Source: Spirochaetia bacterium
GTDB lineage: Bacteria > Spirochaetota > Spirochaetia > SZUA-6 > Bin103
Direction: 5' to 3'
DNA: 64,000 nt
NCBI GenBank assembly: GCA_965199955.1
Contig: CBDATQ010000003.1
Location: forward strand, 96,001-160,000
Shown here piece by piece: positions 57,022 to 64,000 of this stretch. A program made the translations under genes and the position numbers. Each line of letters opens with the position of its first letter. Position 1 is the stretch's first letter. The notes under the pieces were generated by a model that was not told the origin of the DNA, made no database searches, and worked only from the letters and a program-made list of their open reading frames with translations.

Positions 57022-58026
57022 TCAGTCCGGGATCGCGCCCGTGGCGCGCAGCAGGGTTTCCTGCACTAGCAGCTCGTGCGACACCGGCCGGTCACGCGGC
57101 TGCCTTCCCTCGATGGTCGCCAGGAACGCGTCGAGCTCCAGCTCGTAGGTCCTCTGCCGGCTCTCCCCGTCCACGCTCGCGACCTGCTCGCCCTGGCGGT
57201 AGCCGGCCCCGGCTTCCGCCAGGCAGAGCCGGACCTGCAGGCCGGGCTCGAAGGGCTCGACGATGATGGCGCTGCCCCGGCTGCCGTACACCTCGAAACG
57301 GCGCGCCGCCGGCTGCGTCTCCAGCGCGGCGATGTCGATGAAGGCAAGGGCGTTCTCGAACTCGAAGACCCCCAGCGTGTTGTCCTCGAACGCCGCCGCC
57401 GACCGCGCGTCGCTTCGCAGGAAGGACGTCACCTTCACCGGACGCCCCAGGATCCAGACGACCTGGTCCAGCATGTGCCCGCCCAGATCGAAGAAGATGC
57501 CGCCCCGGTGCGCGCCGGCGATCCGGGCGCGCCCGGCCTCGTCGATGTGCGTGGACATGTGGGCGCGCACGGCGAACACGTCGCCCAGCAGGCCTGACCT
57601 GGCCCATTCGGCGACCATTCTGAAGGAAGAGTGGTAGCGCAGCATGTAGCCCATCTGGATGAGCAGACCCTTCCGTTCGGCTGCCGCCACGACCTGCTGC
57701 CACTGCGCCCAGTCGTCGCCGGCAGGCTTATCGTACCAGACGTGCTTGCCGGCGGCGACAATCTCCCCGGTCTGGTCGAGACTCTCCGCGTTGTGCCCCT
57801 CGGAGGCGATCGCCGCGATGCTTTCGTCCTCCAGCATCTCGCGCTTGTCGCCGTACCAGTGAACGCCCGCGAAGGCGCCGTCCGACCCTTCGAGCTCGGC
57901 GCGCCGCGCCGGGTCGGGTTCGAAGACCCCGGCGACCTCGACATCGCCGTTCGCCTGCATCGCCTGCAGCTTGCCGGACGCGTGCCCGTGCCTGGTTCCG
58001 TATTGCGCCATGCGAGTCTTCGCCAC
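57022..58026 (-). CDS. Gfo/Idh/MocA-family oxidoreductase
   Basis: AAGKHVWYDKP, GYMLRY, DLGGHMLD; AGGAGG RBS. Confidence 0.88.
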   Translation of the reverse strand: MAKTRMAQYGTRHGHASGKLQAMQANGDVEVAGVFEPDPARRAELEGSDGAFAGVHWYGDKREMLEDESIAAIASEGHNAESLDQTGEIVAAGKHVWYDKPAGDDWAQWQQVVAAAERKGLLIQMGYMLRYHSSFRMVAEWARSGLLGDVFAVRAHMSTHIDEAGRARIAGAHRGGIFFDLGGHMLDQVVWILGRPVKVTSFLRSDARSAAAFEDNTLGVFEFENALAFIDIAALETQPAARRFEVYGSRGSAIIVEPFEPGLQVRLCLAEAGAGYRQGEQVASVDGESRQRTYELELDAFLATIEGRQPRDRPVSHELLVQETLLRATGAIPD

Positions 58027-58270
58027 CGTTTCCTCCTGTTCCGGCTGGTGTGCCGCGGCACGGTACCACGCCGGGTCCCCGATCGCGGAGATCTTGGTAG
58101 TGTCTCAGTTTGATTTGCGCTTCTTGTAGGTATTCGGCCGGCGCGGCTTCGGCGCGCGCGAGTCGATCAGCCCGACGATCCACTCGGCGTCCCTGAAGGT
58201 CGTCTCGATGCCCGCCGCCATCGCCGGCGTGACGCGCGTGGTCTTGTGCTGCCGGCAGAAGTTGTAGTGA

Positions 58271-59978
58271 GTTCCTGTCCGGTAACTCGCAACTCGTTTG
58301 AAGGGCTTGAGTTGAGGATCGAAAGGGGGCGGACAAAGAAACGGTGTTTCGGCTACCATCGTTGGTGAAGTCCTAAACGATAGCCGAAACACCGGAGGTC
58401 AGATGCGCTCCACACGCATCATCCAGCCCAGCGTATTCCAAGCGCCCGAAGTTGTCCATCCCGTCGCCGAAGAGCTGGAACGTGCTTCCGGATGGCTCGA
58501 TCAGCACGCGGAATTGCTCGAGGTGGTTGGCCGCTGTGTTGGCGGCTCGGTCGCCTGGGGTCGCCATGGCCTGACCTGCGAGACGATCCTGCGCTGCGCG
58601 GTGCTCAAACACCTGATGGGCTATTCGTACCGCGCGTTGGAGTTCGCCCTGCACGATTCGGCCACCATGCAGCGCTTCGCACGGGTCGATCCGTACGAGG
58701 TGCCGAAGAAGTCGGCGTTGCACGCCGGCATCAAGGCGATCGACGCCGAGGCCTGGAGAAGCATCGAGGGCGTGCTGCTGCAGGACGCCAAGTTGCGAGG
58801 TATCGAGTCGGGCACTCAGGTGCGCATCGACAGCACCGTCACCGACACGGACATCCTGGCACCGTCGGACAGCCGGCTGTTGTACGACGGCGTGCGGGTC
58901 CTGACGCGGTTGCTGCGCCAGGCGCGCGGGCGCTTGGCGGGGGTGTCGTTTCGCGACCACTGCCGCGCTGCCAAGCGGCGCGAGCAGGAGATCCGCTCGG
59001 GGCGCGGTGCGCGGCGGCCGGCGGCCACCTATCGGCGGCTGCTGAGGCTGGTGGCGCAGACGACCGGCTACGCGACGGCGGCGCGAGCGCGCGTGTGTTG
59101 CGTAACTGATCAGTGGGCCGGGAGTTGGTGGGCCGAGATGGGCGCCTGCCTGGAGCTGGTCGCGCGGGTGGTCGACCAGACGAAGCGACGCGTGTTCGAC
59201 GGCGAAACGGTGCCAGCCAGTGAGAAGGTGGTGAGCCTGTTTGAGCCGCACACCGACATCATCGTCAAGGGTGGGCGTGCGACCGAGTACGGCCACAAGA
59301 TCAACCTGAGCTCAGGGCGCAGCGGGCTGGTGCTCGATGTGGTGGTCGAGGCGGGCAACCCGGCCGACAGTACGCGCTGCCTGCCGATGCTGAGGCGGCA
59401 TGCGGAGTTCTACGGCGAGCCGCCGAAGCGGGCGGCGTTCGATGGCGGATATGCGTCGCGGGAGAATCTGACGGAGGCCAAGAAGTTGGGCGTGGAGCAC
59501 ATGATGTTCCACAAGAAACGGGGCCTGGAGCAGACCGACATGACGCCGTCGGCATGGATCTACGGTCAGTTGAAGCGCTTTCGGGCCGGTGCGGAAGCAG
59601 GAATCTCGTATCTGAAGCGCTGTTTTGGCCTGGAACGCTGCAACTGGAGTGGCTGGGACCATTTTCAGGCGTACGTGCACTCGGCGGTGTTCGCCCACAA
59701 CCTGATGCGGCTGGTCCGTTTACTGCCCACTTGAGGCAATCTGGCCGGAGTCGGTCGTCCTTCTTTGACAATTTCTCAGGTACATTGATGGGACTCGTGC
59801 GAGCTCGATGTCTCGATACCCCAGAACATATCGCCGATGACCTCGAAACCGGCTCCTCAAGCGGTGTCAAAACCAAGCTCGTCTGCGTCTGATTCCTGAT
59901 TCCCAAAGGTCCTGTCCACCCTCGAGACGCTCTTCCCCTGACTCGCTCTCCCGAAACCGGGGATTGCCGGACAGGAAC
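58271..59978 (+). mobile_element. ISNCY-type (ISDol1-like) insertion sequence, 1708 bp
   Basis: IRs GTTCCTGTCCGG(T/C)AA; 6-bp TSD TAGTGA at 58265-58270 and 59979-59984. Confidence 0.88.
58403..59734 (+). CDS. DDE transposase (ISNCY/IS5-like)
   Basis: RIDST, SLFEPHTDII.KG, GNPADS, FDGGY, RAGAEAGISYLKR; GGAGG RBS. Confidence 0.88.
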   Translation: MRSTRIIQPSVFQAPEVVHPVAEELERASGWLDQHAELLEVVGRCVGGSVAWGRHGLTCETILRCAVLKHLMGYSYRALEFALHDSATMQRFARVDPYEVPKKSALHAGIKAIDAEAWRSIEGVLLQDAKLRGIESGTQVRIDSTVTDTDILAPSDSRLLYDGVRVLTRLLRQARGRLAGVSFRDHCRAAKRREQEIRSGRGARRPAATYRRLLRLVAQTTGYATAARARVCCVTDQWAGSWWAEMGACLELVARVVDQTKRRVFDGETVPASEKVVSLFEPHTDIIVKGGRATEYGHKINLSSGRSGLVLDVVVEAGNPADSTRCLPMLRRHAEFYGEPPKRAAFDGGYASRENLTEAKKLGVEHMMFHKKRGLEQTDMTPSAWIYGQLKRFRAGAEAGISYLKRCFGLERCNWSGWDHFQAYVHSAVFAHNLMRLVRLLPT

Positions 59979-60691
59979 TAGTGAAGGAAATACAGCGAGA
60001 GCGACGCGCAGTGATTCTCCAGCTTCTTCGAGAACGCATTCGTCAACCGGGTGAACCGGCGGATGCTCATGCGGATCGTGAGGTTGTGCCGCTCCACGTG
60101 TGACGTGTTCGCCTTCCGCATGTCCGGCTGCCCGCGCCGTGCCACCTTATCGGTGCCGTTGCAGACGGCCGGGCTGTAGCGCCGCTCGTTGTCCGTGCCT
60201 GGCAGTTTGCCATAGGTCTTGATTATCTGCGCGAAGTCGGCTGTCGCTCCGAATGCTTCGTCGACCGCTTCCACGTAGGCGCGGAGGCCGTCCGTGCTGA
60301 TCTGCGGCCGATCATCGACACGGGACCTCAGATCATCCATGAAATCGAGCGCCGTCTGCCCGTCGCGCGGACCCACAACGTAGCTCAGGATGAGCTTGCT
60401 GTCGGTGTCCAGCGCAGTGAACGTCCACACGTCGCCGGCCTCGGGTGGTGCCGCCTTCGCGGTTGGCGCGTTGCCCTCCTTGGCGTAGACGAAGCTCCAG
60501 ATTTCGTCGCACTGCACGTGCCGGCGCCCCTTCACCCCACGCACGTGCTCTTGGTGGTAGGCATCGGCCGTCGCGCCAGCATCGCGCAGCAGCTTCGTCA
60601 CGGTATTGATACTCACCCCGGTAAGGCGGGTAATCGCCCGCATCGACATGCCCTCGACCAGCATCCCGATGATCTGAACTCGTGTCACTGT

Positions 60692-61877
60692 TTATGCAGC
60701 AAGGATGCCGTCGCGTTTCAGCTTGGCGATCAATTCTGCTTGGCTGCCGGTACCCTTCGTGCTGTTGCAGGCACCGCATAGAAGCTGGTAATTGCTGATG
60801 TGATCCGGCCCGCCCTTGGCCCTGGGTACGACGTGATCTACCTGCATGTTGCGGAACGGGAACATCTCCCGACAGCCGTTGCACCTCCCTTCCTGCTGGC
60901 CGTAGAGCACATGCTTGTCGTTCTGGTACTTCCTGATCTCATCTCGAAGGTCGGTGCGTCGCGGTACGTCGGTACGCGCGATCGCGTCCTGGGTAAACAG
61001 CGGCACTTCGCGGCGCAGGCGACGCTGCACCAACTTCACCGCTAACGAGCTGATGTCGATCCCCACCCACTGGCGGCTCAGCTTCTCTGCGGCCACCATG
61101 GCCGTAGCGCATCCGCAGAAAGGATCAAATACAACGTCATCTGGGTTGCTGCTCGCCTCTACTATTCGTTCAAGCAATGCAAGCGGTTTCTGTGTCGGAT
61201 AGCGTGTCCGCTCCTTTGCCATGTTATTGATAGCTGGGATATTCCATACGTCAGTAGCGCCCTTCATCTGTCCCTTCATTCTCTGTGACGTTGCAGGAAC
61301 AAGTGGCTTATTGAAAGTCCAATGTTTGCCGACCCGATAAAAGAGAATAACGTCATGCTTCTTGGAAAACAGCCGAGATGAAGAACCGCCCAGTCCATAG
61401 CTCCAGATAATCTCATTGCCGAATAGCGAGCATCCGAATATCGAATCAAGCAGCATCTTCAAGTAGTGTGACGCTGTAGGATTGCAGTGCAGATAGAAAG
61501 AACCCGTCTCCTTGAGAATCCGGCGCATTTCAAGGAGTCTGATAGCCATCATGCAAAGGTATGACTGCATGCCTTTGCCATGCACCAAACCTGATGCAGT
61601 GATGGTGCTGTGGGAGAGCTTGATGACGCTCTGCGATGATGCCGAGCCACGCCACGTCAATATCGCTCAAGGTCCAGGTATCTTTGAAGGCTGCGCCGGC
61701 TGCTTCACTGCCGATGGGAGCCGAGTAGTTGCTGTTGCTGTTAAATGGCGGGTCGGCATAGATCAAGTCCACCGATTCAGAGTTCATCCCCCGCATCACG
61801 TCGAGGTTGTCACCTGTGAAGACAGTACGGTTCGCCCAGTTGACTACACTGCCGGGCGTCCCCGCTTCATCCTTCAC
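60692..61877 (-). pseudogene. beta-class N6A/N4C DNA methyltransferase fused to a C-terminal HNH nuclease, one frameshift
   Basis: GDNL..DPPF, YPTQKP, DPFCGCAT; CNGC..VDHVVP..GG..N..CGACNSTKG; one extra base at 61612-61614. Confidence 0.85.
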
Positions 61878-62089
61878 CGAGACCAGCGAGCGGCTGCGCC
61901 TTTCTTGGCGATTTCGCGTCGCTGTTCAGGGGCGAGCGACTCGGCGCGAGCCTTGCCGCCCTTCAGGCCGCCGTTGCGCTTGGCCTGGTCGACGTACTCC
62001 TCTTCGATCTCGCCCGTGGCGATCTTGGCGACGTGGACGGCGTTGGCGATCGTCTCGCTGGGCCGCTTCTCTCCGTGTGGGCCTACCAT
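61874..62089 (-). CDS. Small basic protein with KGG-like motif
   Basis: GEKRP..ANAVHVAKIATGE..GGLKGGKARAESLAPEQRREIAKKGAAARW; GGAGG RBS; GTGA overlap with the MTase start. Confidence 0.75.
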   Translation of the reverse strand: MVGPHGEKRPSETIANAVHVAKIATGEIEEEYVDQAKRNGGLKGGKARAESLAPEQRREIAKKGAAARWSR

Positions 62090-62143
62090 GGGTACCCTCC
62101 ACGAGCAAAAGTGTTCTGTGCGGACAGACTTGTCCATATACAA

Positions 62144-62189
62144 CCTGTGGATAACCTGGCCCGTTCCGGTGGACTTCCTGTGGACAACC
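62144..62189. repeat. Direct repeat CCTGTGGA(T/C)AACC containing DnaA-box-like 9-mers
   Basis: TGTGGATAA 62146-54 (reverse complement TTATCCACA) and TGTGGACAA 62179-87, 33 bp apart. Confidence 0.65.
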
Positions 62190-62346
62190 CCGATTTATTC
62201 AAACTGAGACACCACCGAGATCTTCCGAGGTCAGCCCGCGGTTGACGGATGCCACCACCAGCTTGAGTGCCGGCCGCAGCGGCTCGTCCGGCTCTTAGCG
62301 GACTTCCTGCTCGGCGGCGTGTTCCTGCTTCATGGAGGTCAACCGG

Positions 62347-63567
62347 TCACGGCGAGCGCCCGCGTGACGCCAGCGGCTGCAGCGTCAACCCTTGCACGGC
62401 GATCGAGAAGATCACCACCACGTAGGTCATCGTCAGAATCAGCTCGCGCTCGCCTCCGGCCGGCAGCGACAGCGCGAGCGCCACCGATATGCCGCCGCGC
62501 AGCCCGGCCCAGGTGGCCACCAGCCCTCCGGAACGCCGCATCAGCCGCATCGTCCCGCCGACGGCCAGCAGGCGCGAACCGGTCACCGCCGCGATCGCCA
62601 CGGCGCCGGCCGCCAGCCCCGCCGGGTTCAGGTCGATCACCAGCAGCTCCAGCCCGATCAGCACGAACAGCACGGCGTTGAGCACCTCGTCCAGCAGCTC
62701 CCAGAAGGAATCGAGGTGCTCGCGCGTCTTCGCGGACATGCCCAGGCGGCGGCCGCGGTTGCCGATGAACAGCCCCATCACGACCACGGCCAGCGGCCCG
62801 GACACGTGCAGCCGTCCCGCCAGCGCAAAGCCGCCGGCGACCAGCGCCAGCGTGATCAGCACCTCGACCTGGTAACTGTCGATGCTGCGCAGCGCCAGGT
62901 AGCCCAGCCAGCCCAGCACCAGCCCCAGCGCCGCGCCGCCCAGGGCCTCCTGAACCAGGAACAGCCCCAGCTCGCTGGCGTGGAGCTGCACGGACCCCGC
63001 CGCCAGGCCGGCCAGGGTCGCGAACACCACCACCGCGAACCCGTCGTTGAACAGCGACTCGCCGGCGATCAGGGCGCGCAGCCCGGCGCCGACCCCACTG
63101 CGGCGCAGGATGGCCAGCACCGCCACCGGGTCGGTGGGCGCCACGATCGCGCCGAACACCAGGCACCAGGAGAAGCCCAGCGGCAGCCCCAGCAGCCCGG
63201 CGCTCGCGTACGCCGCCAGCGCCACCAGCGCCGTGGAGACGATCACGCCCAGCGTCGCGAACAGCCCCACCTCCAGCCAATGGTCCAAGAGGTCTCCCAG
63301 GTCGACGTGCAGGGCGCCGGCGAACAACAGGAAGCTGAGCATGCCGCGCAGCAGGGTCTCCTCCAGGGCGGCGGCCGCCACCAGCTCGCGGGCGCGCTCG
63401 GCGATCGACAGCACGCCCGCCGACCCCAGGACCAGCACCACGACCGAGATCGCCAGCGCGATCAGCATCACGCCGATCGTGGTCGGCAGGCCGATCAGCC
63501 GCTCGTTGAGGAAGGCGAGCAGCGCGGTGACCGCCAGCAGGGCGGCGACGGTGGCAAACAGCTCCAT
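62347..63567 (-). CDS. Na+/H+ antiporter, CPA1 (NhaP-like)
   Basis: LLFAGAL, PTDPVAV, GESLFNDG, GLRGGIS, VQGLT. Confidence 0.92.
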   Translation of the reverse strand: MELFATVAALLAVTALLAFLNERLIGLPTTIGVMLIALAISVVVLVLGSAGVLSIAERARELVAAAALEETLLRGMLSFLLFAGALHVDLGDLLDHWLEVGLFATLGVIVSTALVALAAYASAGLLGLPLGFSWCLVFGAIVAPTDPVAVLAILRRSGVGAGLRALIAGESLFNDGFAVVVFATLAGLAAGSVQLHASELGLFLVQEALGGAALGLVLGWLGYLALRSIDSYQVEVLITLALVAGGFALAGRLHVSGPLAVVVMGLFIGNRGRRLGMSAKTREHLDSFWELLDEVLNAVLFVLIGLELLVIDLNPAGLAAGAVAIAAVTGSRLLAVGGTMRLMRRSGGLVATWAGLRGGISVALALSLPAGGERELILTMTYVVVIFSIAVQGLTLQPLASRGRSP

Positions 63568-63640
63568 GGCCGGTCCGTCCGGATTATGCCGCGTCGGGCA
63601 GGACCGTTACGACGCCGATTCTCACGGCGGTTCCTCGCGC

Positions 63641-63668
63641 ACGTACCTACCACAATTGGTAGGCACGT
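63641..63668. promoter_or_regulatory. 28-bp palindrome between divergent genes
   Basis: ACGTACCTACCA-CAAT-TGGTAGGCACGT (11/12 pairing). Confidence 0.5.
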
Positions 63669-63714
63669 CTCTCCCGGGGGTTTCCGCCGCCGGCCGTCGT
63701 ATGATCGGGCCGCC

Positions 63715-64000
63715 ATGAGCCAGTACCGGACTGCCATCATCGCGTGCGGGATGATCGCCCGCGCGCATGCCCGCGCCTGGCAGGGCGTTCCGGGCCGGCC
63801 GGCCGGCATCGGGGCCATCGCCGACAGCAACCCGGACGCCCTGCGGGAGTTCGGCGAGTTCTTCGGCGTGGCCGCCGGGCACCGCTACGCCGACTACCGC
63901 GAGATGCTAGACGCCGAGCGCCCGGACTTCGTCGACGTCTGCTCCTGGCACGCCCAGCACGCGGAGATGGTGATCGCCGCCGCCGCCCGGCGGCCGAAGG
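63715..64000 (+). CDS. Gfo/Idh/MocA-family oxidoreductase, partial
   Basis: MSQYRTAIIACGMIARAH..YADYREML..PDFVDVC..H. Confidence 0.85.
   Translation, partial: MSQYRTAIIACGMIARAHARAWQGVPGRPAGIGAIADSNPDALREFGEFFGVAAGHRYADYREMLDAERPDFVDVCSWHAQHAEMVIAAAARRPK

Larger units (their letters stand above)
58105..60688 (-). pseudogene. IS1-family DDE transposase interrupted by an ISNCY-type IS
   Basis: 59979-60688: HTH, QCDEIW, STDG, VERHN, RRFTRLT..YFLH; 58105-58270: YNFCRQH..TPAMAAG; rejoins in frame once the inner IS and one TSD copy are removed. Confidence 0.88.
58096..62216 (-). mobile_element. IS1-family element with passenger genes (transporter IS)
   Basis: IRs GGTAGTGTCTCAGTTTGA / GGTGGTGTCTCAGTTTGA (17/18); 8-bp TSD GAGATCTT at 58088-58095 and 62217-62224. 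Confidence 0.9.

Noticed and set aside
61600..61625. Programmed frameshift or phase variation in the MTase
   Set aside because: Only a 3-nt run, with no slippery heptamer or long repeat tract.
62119..62189. Chromosomal or plasmid replication origin
   Set aside because: Only one perfect box, no AT-rich unwinding element and no dnaA/rep gene; it lies inside an IS.
62225..62333. Small gene disrupted by the IS1-like element (MKQEHAAEQEVR*EPDEPL...)
   Set aside because: Internal stop and no recognisable family; it cannot be supported.
1..64000. CRISPR arrays, tRNA/rRNA, integrase or prophage genes
   Set aside because: No regularly spaced repeats, structural RNA signatures or phage/integrase motifs were found by eye; a covariance-model scan would be needed to exclude small RNAs.

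Overview
High-GC (roughly 65-70% by eye) bacterial chromosome segment. A 'GAFGAGTEE'-type solute-binding-protein N-terminus, a fused DctQM TRAP transporter, an MFS-HEAT fusion and repeated Gfo/Idh/MocA, PhyH and AAA-PD(D/E)XK genes suggest a Spirochaetaceae-like, possibly host-associated organism (inference only). The core content is peptide and sugar ABC transporters, gcvT-H-PA-PB, a TRAP transporter, oxidoreductases, a glycosyltransferase/lyase cluster and a Na+/H+ antiporter. Four accessory highlights: (1) a 1734-aa protein fusing a DEDD-exonuclease-like domain, a RecQ (SF2) helicase and a UvrD (SF1) helicase, lying between toxin-antitoxin modules; (2) a six-gene partner-switching operon in which an MFS transporter carries its own sensor+HAMP module, next to a stand-alone paralogous sensor, an orphan solute-binding protein, a PP2C phosphatase, a STAS protein and an RsbW-like kinase; (3) a fully delimited IS1-family cargo element (58096-62216; 18-bp IRs, 8-bp TSD) carrying a small basic protein, a DNA methyltransferase-HNH fusion and DnaA-box-like repeats, whose transposase is interrupted by an intact ISNCY-type IS (6-bp TSD); (4) many gene relics (hicA, HEPN, MmeI-like, PHP-like, GPH transporter, PKS dehydratase) and a nonsense-split sugar-binding protein. 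No rRNA, tRNA or CRISPR array was seen. All family calls come from motif recognition, not database searches.
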